This document shows positions 13,031 through 25,780 of a stretch of DNA of 64,000 nucleotides, piece by piece. This DNA comes from Octopus sinensis. Its lineage: Eukaryota. Numbering within the stretch: the stretch's first letter is position 1; each line of letters begins with the position of its first letter. The notes under the pieces were generated by a model, which saw only the letters and a program-made list of their open reading frames with translations, had not been told where the DNA came from and did not search any database. The stretch lies in NCBI RefSeq assembly GCF_006345805.1, contig NC_043005.1, positions 14,446,001 through 14,510,000 on the forward strand. The letters are read 5' to 3'. The position numbers and the translations under genes are program-made.

Positions 13031-13434
13031 GGCGTAGGAGTGGCTGTGTGGTAAGTTGCTTGGTTACCAACCACATAGTTCCGGGTTCAAACCCACTGCG
13101 TGACACCTTGGGTACCTTGGGCAAGTGTCTTCTACTATAGCCTTGGGTCGACCAAAGCCTTCTGACGGAAACTTAAAGCCTGTCGTATATATATATGTGT
13201 GTGTGTGTATGTGTGTGTGTATGTTTGTGTGTCTTTATTTGTCCCCCTAGCATTGTTTGACAACCGATTCTGATGTGTTTATGTCCCCGTCACTTAGCGG
13301 TTCGGCAAAAGAGACCGATGGAATAAGAACTGGGCTTACAAAGAATAAGTCCCGGGGTCGAGTTGCTCGATTAAAGGCGGTGCTCAAACATGGCCGCAGT
13401 CAAATGTCTGAAACAAGTAAAAGAGTAAAAGAGT
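13031..13434 (+). mobile_element. SINE family A, full-length
   Basis: tRNA head, CCTTGGGCAAGTG, internal (TA)(TG) tract, 3' half, AAAGAGTA tail repeats. Confidence 0.9.
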
Positions 13435-13831
13435 ATTTTGTTTACTAATCAGTCCAGTACTATCCACAACATCTCAGTTGGAATAACCATTCCTTCTCGG
13501 ATCATAATATGGTGTACTGAATCCTTAGTTTCCAGCATTTTAAGCCTAAACTAAACGTGCTCATTTCAGTATATCCAACCCTCGGAAAGCAAATTAGGGA
13601 ACAATCACACATGTCAGTTGGTCTTACACACAGACCACTTCAGACATCAGATTGACCGAGTAGATGTTTGAGAATATGGCTACCAGTTTATATTCAAACC
13701 ACAAGCTAACACAACTCGTGAACAACAACAAAAAAAAAAAAGGAAAAGGAAAAAGAAAGAAGCATGAATTCCAACCGAAAAACAATTTGTAAATTAAATG
13801 ATGAAATGGAATGTTTAAACAACTAAATACT

Positions 13832-14246
13832 TATTTCTTTATTGCCCACAAGGGGCTAAACATAGAGGGGACAAACAAGGACAGACATAGACATTAAGTC
13901 GATCACATCGACCCCAGTGCGTAACTGATACTTAATTTATCGACCCCGAAAGGATGAAAGGCAAAGTCGACCTCGGCGGAATTTGAACTCACAACGTAAC
14001 GGCAGCCGAAATACCTATTTCTTTATTACCCACAAGGGGCTAAACACAGAGGGGACAAACAAGGACAGACATAGGCATTAAGTCGATTATATCGAACCCA
14101 GTGCGTAACTGGTACTTAATTTATCGACCCCGAAAGGATGAAAGGCAAAGTCGACCTCGGCGGAATTTGAACTCACAACGTAACGGCAGCCGAAATACCG
14201 CTAAGCATTTCGCCCGACGTGCTAACGATTCTGCCAGCTTGCCGCC
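13832..14246 (-). mobile_element. SINE family C with duplicated 3' ~183 bp and 17 bp TSD
   Basis: TSD TTAAACAACTAAATACT at 13815 and 14247. Confidence 0.9.
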
Positions 14247-15021
14247 TTAAACAACTAAATACTATCAATATAGTAAGGCACACAATCGAGAGTAATGGCA
14301 ATACTTAAATCCGCCAAACATTATCTTCAAAACAGCTTGAATGTTATAATCAACAGCCATAAGGCAGCACAGGATGACCCGACCGTTGAGAAATTAAAAC
14401 GCAATCTAAAAGTGTTCTTTTACGCCCATTCCACCAAATATCGGACCGTTGCTTAACCCATTGGGCCACTGACTTATACAGAGAGTATTCTCTATAACGA
14501 TGTCAAAGAAATGGGAGGAAATTCTATACTGCTCCGTCTTCAATGGCTTCATTGAAGTTGTTTTAGTATCAGCGAAGATAAATCTCATCCCAACATAAAT
14601 TACAAACTTTATAAACTCATTAATAAAACCGAACACTGCTTAACTGAATATCCTGATAAATTACCCATCAAATTGCTGGATATGTGCTGGCACAGGCTTG
14701 CATGTCTTTCAGTTTATCTTGAAGAAAATTGCTTGACACATTCTATACACCCAAACATTTTAAAAAAATCCCAATCTGTCTCTAAATACCAAACAAAATC
14801 TGTGGATTGAATCACCTCGGAGGATAATTGCACATACATACGTATATACACACACATATGACTATCTACGTATACACATGCGCGCCACACATATGCATGC
14901 ATATATGTATGTATGTATGTATGTATGCATGCATGTATGTATGTATGTATGTATGTATGTATGTATGTATGTATGTGTGTATGTATGTATGTAGGTAGGT
15001 AGGTAGGTAGGTATGCAAATA

Positions 15022-15257
15022 AGGCGGCGAGCTGGCAGAAACGTTAGCACGCCGGGCGAAATGCATAGCAGTATTTCGTCTGCCGCTACGTTCTGAGTTC
15101 AAATTCCGTCGAGGTCCACTTTGCCTTTCATCCTTTCGGGGGTCGATTAAATAAGTACCAGTTACGCACTGGGGTCGATATAATCGACTTAATCCGTTTG
15201 TCTGTCCTTGTTTTTCCTCTCTGTGTTTAACCCCTTGTGGGTGATAAAGAAATAGGT
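15022..15257 (+). mobile_element. SINE family C, full-length
   Basis: AGGCGGCGAGCTGGCAGAAACG head; TTTGCCTTTCATCCTTTCGGGG core; AAAGAAATAGGTA end; AGGTAGGTATGCAA on both flanks as possible TSD. Confidence 0.9.
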
Positions 15258-15286
15258 AGGTAGGTAGGTATGCAAGTACATATGTA

Positions 15287-15505
15287 CGAAGGGGTGCCGA
15301 AAGATTCCTGGCATTAAGCGTGTCACGAAAAGCCTGGTTGGTGGCCTAACCTTCCAAGTTCTTTTACAGGGTTTTAGAAATCCTGAAGGATCGCTGCAAT
15401 AACTGCGTGAATCTGAGAGGGGAATAAGTTAAAGAAAATCATAGCCAACTGTTCCTCCTGCATTTTCTTTTACCCAATGCCAGAATCTTTTTCAGCACCC
15501 CCTCA
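15287..15505 (+). mobile_element. Mariner-derived MITE
   Basis: Imperfect TIRs CGAAGGGGTGCCGAAAGATTCCTGGCATT / AATGCCAGAATCTTTTTCAGCACCCCCTCA; internal LKDRCNNCVNLRGE, a mariner C-terminal remnant. Confidence 0.7.
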
Positions 15506-15735
15506 TTTATCAGAGCAGAGACCAATTACAAATGTATATGGATATATATATCATCATCATCATCATCATCATCATCGTTTAACGTTCGTTTTCCGCGCTA
15601 GCACGGGTTGGACGGTTCGACCGGGGTCTGGGGAGCCAGGGGCTGCCCCAGGCTCCAGTCTGATCTGGCAGTGTTTCTACAGCTGGATGCCCTTCCTAAC
15701 GCCAACCACTCCGCGAGTGTAGTGGGTGCTTTTTA

Positions 15736-16505
15736 CGTGCCACCTGCACAGGTGCCAGAGGGTCTGGCATCGGCCACGATCAGTTGGTGCTTTTTTTTTT
15801 TTTTGTGCTACCGGCACAGAAGCCAGTCAAGGCGGTGCTGGCATCGGCCACGTTCGGATGTTGCTTTTTATGTGCCACCGGCACAGAAGCCAGTGGAGGC
15901 TGCACTGGCAACGGCCTCGTTCGGACGGTGCTTTATATGTGTCACCGGCACAGGTATCACAATTACTGTTTCCATTGATATTTGGTTCGATATTCATGTG
16001 CCACCGGCACAGAAGCCATTCGAGGCGGGGTTGGCATCGGTCACGTTCGGATGGTGCTTTTTATGTGCCACCGGCACAGAAGCCAGTGGAGGCTGCACTG
16101 GCAACGGCCTCGTTCGGACGGTGCTTTATATGTGTCACCGGCACAGGTATCACAACTACTGTTTCCATTGATATTTGGTTCGATATTCATGTGCCACCGG
16201 CACAGAAGCCATTCGAGGCGGGGTTGGCATCGGTCACGTTCGGATGGTGCTTTTTATGTGCCACCGGCACAGAAGCCAGTGAAGGCTGCACTGGCAACGG
16301 CCTCGTTCAGACGGTGCTTTATATGTGTCACCGGCACAGGTATCACAACTACTGTTTCCATTGATATTTGGTTCGATATTCATGTGCCACCGGCACAGAA
16401 GCCATTCGAGGCGGGGTTGGCATCGGTCACGTTCGGATGGTGCTTTTTATGTGTCACCGGCACAGGTATCACAACTACTGTTTCCATTGATATTTGGTTC
16501 GATGT
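15736..16505. repeat. Higher-order tandem array in RTE 3' UTR (193 bp = 67+67+59 bp subunits)
   Basis: Core TGTG(C/T)CACCGGCACAG at 15804, 15871, 15938, 15997, 16064, 16131, 16190, 16257, 16324, 16383, 16450; degenerate copy at 15736. Confidence 0.95.
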
Positions 16506-16537
16506 TCATGTATATGCACTTGACTCGACAGGTCTCC

Positions 16538-18319
16538 TCAAGCACAGCGAGATGTTCCGGGATCCAAGGTACTTTGGATGGGCAGGGGGTATGCGGAACT
16601 GGTGCCGGGAGCATCCCGGGTCTTAGTAGTCACAGCACATCTCCAGAGGTCTCGGTCCTTCGCCATTGCCTCAGTGAGGCCCAACGCTCTGAGGTCATGC
16701 TTGAGTACCTCATCCCATGTTTTCCTGGGTCTACCTCTCCCCCTGATTCCTTCAACTGTTCGGGAGTGGCACTTCTTCACACATCTCTCCTCATCCATCC
16801 GCAGTACATGACCATACCATCGCAAGCGTCGCTCTTGCACACCGCATCTGATGCTTCTTATGCCTAGCATTTCTCTCAGGGTGCTTACACTCTGTCGTGC
16901 ATTCACACTGACATTACACATCCAGCGGATCATGCTAGCTTCATTTCTTTCAAGTCTACGCATGTCCTCTGCAGTCACGGCCCATGTTTCACTGCCGTGA
17001 AGCATGGCAGTTCGCACACATGCATCATACAATCTACCTTTCACTCTGAGTGAGAGACCCTTTGTCGCCAGTAGGGGTAGGAGCTTTCTAAACTTTGCCC
17101 AGGCTATTCGTATTCTAGTGGTAACACTCTCTGAGCATCCACCCCCACTACTAACTTGGTCACCCAGGTAGCGGAAACTATCAACTGCTTCTAGTTTATC
17201 CCCCTGGAGTGTGATGGAATCTGTTTTCTGAGTGTCTGTGGTGTCTATTGTCCCTGTGCATCTGCCGCACATGAAAGCTATCTTATCAGTTAATTTCCCT
17301 TTGATGTTGCCTCACCTCTTATGCGTCCATAGCTTACACTGGGTGCATCTTATGGAGTTTCTACCTACACCTTTCCTACAGCTCGAGCATGGCCACCTGC
17401 CCGATGCGGGATATGCTGAGTTCGCCTTTCTGCATACTATAACTTTGGTCTTCGCTACATTTACTCTAAGGCCCTTAGATTCTAACCCTTGTTTCCACAT
17501 CCGAAATTTCTTTTTTAGTTCCGGTAGTGATTCTGCTATGAGGGCCAGGTCATCAGCATAGAGGAGCTCCCAGGGGCAACCTGTTTTGAATTCCTCTGTT
17601 ATTGCCTGGAGGACTATGATGAATAAAAGGGGACTGAGGGCTGAGCCCTGATGTACACCTACTTCTACCCGGAATTCTTCACTATATTCGTTGCCAATCC
17701 TAACCTTGCTGACAGCCTCTCTGTATAGAGCCTGTACAGCCCTTATTAGCCATTCGTCAATCAACAGTTTCCGCATCGACCACCAGATAAGGGATCGGGT
17801 TACCCTGTCAAAGGCTTTCTCCAAGTCCACAAAAGCTATGTAGAGGGGTTTATCTTTAGCTAGGTACTTCTCCCGCAGTTGTCGGACCAGGAATATGGCA
17901 TCAGTGGTGCTTCTACCTGGCACAAAACCGAACTGCATCTCATCTAAGCAAATTCTCTCCCTAATGAGATGGGTTACGACCCTCTCTGTGGTCTTCATCA
18001 CCTGATCCAACAGTTTAATACCCCTGTAGTTATTTCTATCTAGAGCATCACCCTTACCCTTGTAGCAGTTGACTATGGTGCTGCTACGCCAGTCATTGGG
18101 TATGACTCCATTGTGAACTACCTGGTTAACAATACGGGTGACTAGGCCATAGCCCACATAACCAGCTGTTTTAAGCATCTCAGCAGTGATTCCTGATGGG
18201 CCGGGGGCTTTACCCGGTTTCATATCCTTAATTGCTTTATCTACTAGGGAGCCGTCTATTCGGATAGCTGGTCCCTCTACTAGGTCAACATTTGGCAGGC
18301 TCCCATTCATTCTCCACAT
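16538..18319 (-). pseudogene. RTE reverse transcriptase, inserted PHD-type finger and C-terminal domain; in-frame TGA at 17312-17314
   Basis: KAPGPSGI, YRGIKLL, QFGF, FVDLEKAFDRV, GVHQGSALSPLLF, YADD; then FRYLG, HGSETW, RLRWYGH, GRPRKTW; the two ORFs are in one frame, separated by the stop plus 13 codons. Confidence 0.93.
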
Positions 18320-19719
18320 TCAGCAGTCTTTCATAATGGCTTCTCCAAGCCTCTTTCTTTTCACCAACATTAAAGGCAAGTGCCCCATCATCCATGCGGA
18401 CACATTTCTCTCCTGTAACATCACTATTTTCTCTCACACACTGTCTAGCAATACGAAATACCTCAGTTCTTTGGTCCTCACGTCGCTGGACATTGGCAAA
18501 CTTCTTCTTTTCTGCTATATCTTTGGCTATGTATACCTGCCGCCCAGCCTCCCTTTTGGCTACTTGGTACGGTTCCCTGCTACCCCCATCCCTCCAGGCT
18601 CTCCAGGCCTGTTTCTTAGAACTAATGGCTTTGTCTACTGCACTATTCCACCACCATGTAACTCTAGGTCTGGAAGGAACTTTGCACCATCCACAGACTT
18701 GGTCTGTGGCACTCAGCAAGCTGTCCCGTAGGAATTTCCAGCTACCTTCTATGTCCGACGTCTGTAGCTCCTCCTCCCTCTCATCAAATTTCTTGGTGAG
18801 GATGTCCCTAAATCTCTGACCATGTGAAGGGTTCTTTAGCTTCCAAATCCTTCTTTTCTGGATTGGTCTGTTTCTTGGAGTCCTTCTGGCCTCAAGCCTA
18901 AAGTCACTAATTATTAGCCTATGCTGAGGGATACACTCTTCACCCGGGAGGGTCTTTGTATTTAAGAGCAACCCTGCGTCCCGTTGTCTGGTGAGTATGA
19001 AATCAATCTGGCTAGCAGAGTTCCCTGATTGATAGATTATAAGGTGGCTGTCTGGCTTCCTGAAGTTAGTGTTGCAGATTAAAAGGTTACATGCATCACA
19101 GAATTCCAGTAGTCTAGTCCCCTCCTCATTTCTGGAGCCAATACCATGGCCACCGTGAACCCCAGTGAAGATACCCGATTCCCGCCCAACATGCCCATTA
19201 AAGTCTCCACCCACAAAGATGAGGTCCTTGCCACTAGTCTTTGAGGTAGCCTGTAGAAGGGTATCATAAAAGTGGTCCTTCTGATCATTTGGTAGGCCCG
19301 CTTGTGGGGCATAGGCGGAGATAATCGTAGCTGTGCCACTCTGTAGGACTAACCTGAGCTTAAGCACTCTGTCGCAAACCCTGACAACCTCTATGACCTT
19401 ATCCACCCATTTCTCTGCAAGGAGAATGCCTACACCCCCTACCCCATCCATGTTACCCTGCCAGAAGACTTTATACCTATGTGCCTTGCCTGTGAGGACT
19501 CTGGCTGAAGCACCTCTCCACATTACCTCTTGTATGCAGCATACATCAACCCGTCTTCTCTCAAGCATCTCTACAATCTCACTAGACCTACCTTTCAGTG
19601 TACCAACATTGACAGTGCCAACTCTGAAAACTGGGAAGGAGATGTGGGGGGGGGGGGGTGCAATTCGGCGCCTGAAAAGAAGAGGGTTGTTGTGGTGGCG
19701 GTGATCGATTTTTAGGCAT
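18285..19719 (-). pseudogene. RTE APE (exonuclease-endonuclease-phosphatase) domain
   Basis: RVGTVNVGTL upstream of the listed ORF, CIQE, SAYAP, GDFNGH, IDFIL, QHRLI; probable ATG at 19719 is 1 nt out of frame across the G-run at ~19645-19658; frameshift at ~18300 into the RT frame. Confidence 0.9.
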
Positions 19720-20547
19720 TTTCATCTGATCTCTCTCTCTTCTGACCTGACAACATTCAAGCATTTAGGCATGTTAAGGTTCTGGCCCCTGCGGTAGACA
19801 GAGTCAGGTGTTAGCAGCATTGTAAGCACAAGCACTAAAGTCATTGGTGTAGATGTAAGCTCTGTGGTAGAAATACTGAAATTCTAGGTGTTAGTAGTAT
19901 TATAAGCAAGCATTATGGTCATTGAGCGACGTGGTTTAAGCAGTGTAGCAGAAACATGGATATTCTAGAGATGGGCTGGGGGGGGGTTCTAGCAGGGAGA
20001 AGAGAGAGTTAGGGGGATGGGGAGAGGGTGCAGTAATATAGGGGAGCACCAGTGGGGAGGGGTGTACGGAGAAACGATGACAGGTTCTAGGCAAGTAGAA
20101 CGTAGGATATCATGAGGGGTAATACATGGTGAAATAGCGTATTGAAGAGGGGGGTTCGAGGAGTAGACACCCATAATGGTGGTGGGAGAAGAGATATCCG
20201 GTATAGATGGAGCAAAATATAGAGATATCCGGTATTGGTGGTGGGGGTGGGCAAGGGCGGGTGCACCGCGAATGCGCGAAGTTGGAGAAATTATCAGCGC
20301 ATAAAAATGAAGGATAATTTAGGGCGAAGAACAGACAAAGTGATATGGAGAAGGGGAGAAATTGTCAGCACATGATAATAAGGGGATATTTAGGAAAGAC
20401 GATGTCAACTGTTTAGCTCACGTAAACAAACAAGCGTATTAGTATTAGTAAATAGATAATACATTTTTTAGTGTTATAGGCGAATGCAGTGTGGCGGTCA
20501 AGAAGTGAAAAGAAAATTTTAGCTTATCTATACTCTGGCATCGCTCG

Positions 20548-20549
<2 letters not shown>

Positions 20550-20606
<57 letters not shown>

Positions 20607-20633
20607 TATATATATGGAATAGACGGAGAGAGT

Positions 20634-20685
<52 letters not shown>

Positions 20686-20961
20686 CATACATACATACAT
20701 ACATTCATACATACATACATACATACATACATACATACATACGTACGTACATATATACATACATACATACATACATACATTCATACATACATACGTACGT
20801 ACGTACATACATACATACATACATACATACATACGTACGTACATATATACATACATACATACATACATACATACATACATACATACGTACGTACGTACAT
20901 ACATACATACATACATACATACATACATACATACATAATACATAATACATACATACATACA

Positions 20962-20995
<34 letters not shown>

Positions 20996-21040
20996 CATAC
21001 ATACATACATACATACATACATACGTACGTACGTACATAC
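20550..21040. repeat. Compound (TA)n(GA)n(CATA)n microsatellite
   Basis: Direct reading. Confidence 0.97.
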
Positions 21041-21266
21041 CCTGTTGTTGATGCTGAAATTCCAATGAAGGAACCTTGGATTTAGGTTAGAAACCGGCTC
21101 TTTCTCTATTGGCAAAAAATCTTGAAATAAACTGAATAATGACATACATACATACTTAGATATATGCATACAAAAATACTCTGTTGATGTTGAAATTCCA
21201 AGATCTAAGTTAGAAACCAACTCTTTTCTGTTGTCATGAAATCTTGAAAGAAAACTAAATAACGAC
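21041..21266. repeat. Two diverged copies of a ~100 bp unit embedded in CATA tracts
   Basis: TGTTGATG(C/T)TGAAATTCCAA..GTTAGAAACC..AATCTTGAAA at 21041-21142 and 21181-21266. Confidence 0.75.
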
Positions 21267-21269
21267 ATC

Positions 21270-21330
<61 letters not shown>

Positions 21331-21409
21331 TGCATGCATGCTGCATGCACACATATATACATGCATGCATGCATACATACATTCATACATACATACATAC
21401 ATACATACA

Positions 21410-21440
<31 letters not shown>

Positions 21441-22278
21441 GAGTGCATAAGTTTGCTCACACGCATATGTGTGTGTGTGAGAGAGAGAGAGATAGTGAGA
21501 ATGTGCGTATAATTGCATACGAAACTGGTTGATTGAGATGTGTGGGCAGACACAATCAGTATGGTTCAGATATACCGAAATGCTAACATCATCATGATTG
21601 TTTATATTTCTTCATATTGAAACAATGCCGTAGCAAGTCGCAGTTAATAAAATCCTAATCGCGATCCCCTAACCTTTGCCACGTAGATAAACCTAACCTC
21701 TCACCACCGAACCATAGAGATATAACTTCGCTTTACGTTTTATTAAAAGAAAACTGATAAGCTATTTATCTTTATATTTACGTTTGTATTTATTTATCTA
21801 AGTATTAAACAAACACAGATGGAATAAACAGAGTTCTAAATAACAGATAATCTATCTGCAGCTTTTTATAATTTGAGAACATCCAGACGATCATGTTGGC
21901 AATCGTTGTTCGGAGGGATGGTCAGTGGTTCGTGCCCGGTCAGTGACCAGGCACCTGTTATTTTCATTATGTGTCATATACACAGCGTCGACAATCATGG
22001 ACCTCCACTTACTTCCCCAGCACACTATTTAGTCAGTTATTGAATTAGTATTTCTACAACAATAAGCTGGTGTCTTGTCTCTGAAACTTGCTTGGTTTCA
22101 TCTTCTTTTCAGTTGCCTAGTTGTCCACTGAATATTGAAGGCTTTAGTTGATGTCCAATGACCTTAGTCTGTCGCCTTCATAAGTTGTAAAGAGGTTTTC
22201 GGGCGGTTTCTGCTCGTCTAAGTACTTCGACGTTTGTTACTAAATCTGTATAGAATATCATCGATATTCTTCAAAGGA

Positions 22279-22492
22279 AGGCGGCGAGCTGGCAGAAACG
22301 TTAACACGCAGGGCGAGATGCTTAGCGGTATTTCGTCTGTCTTTATGTTCTGAGTTCAAATTCCGCTGAGTTCGACTTTGCCTGTCATCCTTTCGGGGTC
22401 AATTAAATAAGTACCAATTGCGAACTAGGGTCGATAAAAATCGACTGCCCTTCCCCCCAAATTCGGGCCTTGTACCTAGAGTAGAAAAGAAT
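22279..22492 (+). mobile_element. SINE family C, alternative 3' tail
   Basis: Head and core match 15022; tail GGGCCTTGTACCTAGAGTAGAAAAG differs. Confidence 0.85.
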
Positions 22493-22658
22493 ACTCTTCT
22501 AAGGAACAACATCTTTGCAAAATTGATAAACTTTTGTATTTGTTTGTTGATGATTTAAGCCATACAGCCATATATAAAAATAAATCCTTTTCACTCTGAC
22601 CCCATGCCCACAAAAAAAAAAAAACTTTGTTTCTACTTATCTGCAAACAAATGTCAAA

Positions 22659-22820
22659 GTAGAGGTATAGTCCACAACGAAGTAGTCGTACAGTTCACCA
22701 CATTGTAGTGATACATTTCACCATACAGTAGAGGTATAGCTGGCCACATAGAAGACGTATAGTCCACTACACAGTTGAGGTAGAGTTCACTACCATTGTA
22801 GACATATAGTTAGCCACATA
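22659..22820. repeat. Degenerate 23 bp minisatellite (~7 units)
   Basis: GTAGAGGTATAGTyCACyACAyw periodicity. Confidence 0.7.
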
Positions 22821-23286
22821 GACATGTGTATATGAAAAGATATTCATTGTCTTTCAGAGTCGAATACTGGTTAAGATTTATCTCAGATCTAAGGTACTTT
22901 TAAGCCCAATGGGAATAGAAGTGTTGACGTAGCGAACCTGAAAAGTTGGCGACTAACTATCAGCACGCTGATGGACACCTCGATGCCTTCTGACTAAAAT
23001 AACATCGCGACGGAAATGGAGAATCAGTCTAAGTACAAGATTCACAAAATTTAAATAAAAAAGACATAAGACACGAAAATAAAACAGTACCATTAACCAT
23101 TGAGGCTCTATGTATCATTTAGAATATGAAAAAAGAAATAACATAAGAATCATACCGGGCCTCAAAGTGTTAAACAGACTGAAAACAGCTTTGCTAGGCA
23201 TGGTTACACTCTATTCAAGATTCTTCCAGTTCAATAGCACAACTCAAAACAGCACACCATCTGCATACAACTCATACTCTGTGCAA

Positions 23287-23669
23287 TGGAAGCACTCCGT
23301 CGGTTACGACGACGAGGGTTCCGGTTGATCCGAATCAACAGAACAGCCTGCTCGTGAAATTAACGTGTAAGTGGCTGAGCACTCCACAGACACGTGTACC
23401 CTTAACGTAGTTCTCGGGGATATTCAGCGTGACACAGAGAGTGACAAGGCCGGCCCCTTGAAATACAGGTACAACAGAAACGGGAAGTAAGAGTGAGAGA
23501 AAGTTGTGGTGAAAGAGTACAGCAGGGATCACCACCATCCCCTGCCGGAGCCTCGTGGAGCTTTAGGTGTTTTCGCTCAATAAACACTCACAACGCCCGG
23601 TCTGGGAATCGAAACCGCGATCCTATGACCGCGAGTCCGCTGCTCTAACCACTGGGCCATTGCGCCTCC
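23287..23669 (-). mobile_element. SINE family B (tRNA-derived), full-length with 12 bp TSD
   Basis: Head GGAGGCGCAATGGCCCAGTGGTTAG..GGTTTCGATTCC; TSD ACTCTGTGCAAT at 23276 and 23672. Confidence 0.92.
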
Positions 23670-24551
23670 ACACTCTGTGCAATAACCAGCGAATAAAGTA
23701 ACACAACTCACGCAGCACATGTTCTATGACATCGCCACCAAACAATGGGACACAACATGAAAGCTAGGCGACGACCACCTAATAATGTCGCGAACCACAT
23801 ACTACACATATTCTTCCGTAATCGATACCCGGCACTATAAGACAAGTAACATTCTACATAGTTGCCACCCATTAATATTTCACAATCCCTACTTTACATA
23901 TTCGTTAAATGATGTAACACCGATCCCACAGCAAACAAGATACATAAACAATATCAAACAAATCAATACACTTCACGTTCTAATTGCTTTGCATAAAAAG
24001 ACGAAACACTTGAACAATGCTAGAAATAACAAAATAAAAAACAACATTTTCCATGACGAAGAAAACGTGAAGTCTTCAGGGAAATAAAAAGACACGTAAA
24101 TACAAATCTATAATGTTGTACACACTTCAAAATATTAACGTTATACACACAAATAATTCAACGGAATATTAGACAAACACAAAACAAGCAAGAGCAACTC
24201 GTTCGCACACGAGAAACTGCCACTCGGGTCTGGTCAGGATACCTCACGATCCTGGTTTTCTTCCATTTCTGTTGGGTCCCGATAAAGCATGCGAGCAACT
24301 TGGTTGTCGAGGTGTGTAAGAAAGGGAACATGTTAAGTTCTAATAGTTCATAACCCAATAAGATAGTCCCCACTAACAGTCTATAACTTGAAGACGCGCA
24401 AAATAAGAACCCATTCCTTACAAAACTGCTATTTAAAATCTTTCTAAATATTCTTGCAGTTCATTTCAATCATCCTTTCATTAGATGTTTCAAATTCGAC
24501 TCTGGTTTCTTTTGTTTTATTTATATTTTCCGTGAATTTTTCACGGGTCCA

Positions 24552-24608
24552 GCTACTACTACTACTACTACTACGTCTTCAAGTTATAGACTACTACTAC
24601 TACTACTA

Positions 24609-24668
<60 letters not shown>

Positions 24669-24675
24669 TACTACT

Positions 24676-24722
<47 letters not shown>

Positions 24723-24727
24723 CACTA

Positions 24728-24821
<94 letters not shown>

Positions 24822-24849
24822 CACTACTACTACTACTAATAATAATAAC

Positions 24850-24884
<35 letters not shown>

Positions 24885-24930
24885 CAACAACAACAACATC
24901 AACAACATCAACAATAATGATGATGATGAT
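24552..24930. repeat. Compound (TAC)n(CAC)n(AAT)n(AAC)n(GAT)n trinucleotide tract
   Basis: Direct reading; explains the poly-Y/T/N/V/S ORFs. Confidence 0.97.
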
Positions 24931-25384
24931 TTCTTTGTTGGACACAAGGGCTGAAAGAAACATTTGGTAATATACAAAGGTAAATGAAAAAAGTGGGATT
25001 ACGTACACACGTGTAAACAATGAAACAATAACATCAAGAAAATTGATAACAGCAAAATTCCCTTGTAGTGGGGGAAGAACCACTTAGGATAAACCCAAGA
25101 AATCCCACCGACCATAAATCATCTTGAATAACCCCGATCGCCAAGAGCACCACAAGGAGGCACTCCTCTGGCTATCCGTTCTTTTTAGCAATAATTCTTT
25201 CATTTGTTGACAGTGCGTTCGATTTCATTCATACGTAAGGTTACAGTAAATGTTGAAACGTGGAAGTTTACAAACGTGTTGGGGAGAACAAAACAAAATA
25301 AGATACAAATCGAGGAGACATTCAGAATTTGCTTAAAAAATAAAGGCATTATATATACAAACAAATAGCTACACAGAAAATACA

Positions 25385-25780
25385 TCTTTATATATAAAAC
25401 TGTAGTTGTGTGAGTGTCTGTCCCCTTCGATTTAGACTCCTAACTACTCCCACATTTTGCGGTGCAGTTTAACCAAAACCGGGTATCTTATAGTCGTGAT
25501 TCATATCGAGCCCTTCTGGGTATTAGCGCGCGTCTACGATGAGTCTACGATTTTAAAAATAATTTACCATCATTTTTTTATTCCATTTTCATGCATATTT
25601 TTTTTAAGGGAAGTAACTCTCTAAAAATGTCTACGATGAGTCAACGATTTAAAAAAAAATTTGCCATCATATTTTTTCCATTTTTAATGCATTTTTTGCT
25701 ATTTTTTGGCTATAACTCTCTAAAAATGCTGTATAGTTATTTCCCTTACAAACCCGAGCAACGCCGGGCGATACTGCTAG
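25385..25780 (+). mobile_element. Non-autonomous Helitron
   Basis: A|TCTTTATATATAAAAC start; CCCGAGCAACGCCGGG hairpin then CTAG|T. Confidence 0.85.

Larger units (their letters stand above)
15551..20420 (-). mobile_element. Near full-length RTE-clade LINE; 5' boundary approximate
   Basis: APE+RT ORF, RTE-type 3' motif GGTTGGCGTTAGGAAGGGCATCCAGC, (GAT)n tail at 15551-15576. Confidence 0.92.

Noticed and set aside
15736-16505. CRISPR array
   Set aside because: Spacers recur in a 3-unit cycle, there are no cas genes, and the context is a eukaryotic LINE 3' UTR
15477-16867. Overlapping plus-strand ORFs of up to 214 aa
   Set aside because: Products of the stop-poor 193 bp repeat and antisense of the RTE ORF
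23590-23669. Functional tRNA gene
   Set aside because: tRNA-like head of a multi-copy SINE with TSD; acceptor stem not formed
24454-25083. Homopolymer-rich ORFs, also 34186-34798
   Set aside because: Trinucleotide repeat artefacts with no splice or domain support
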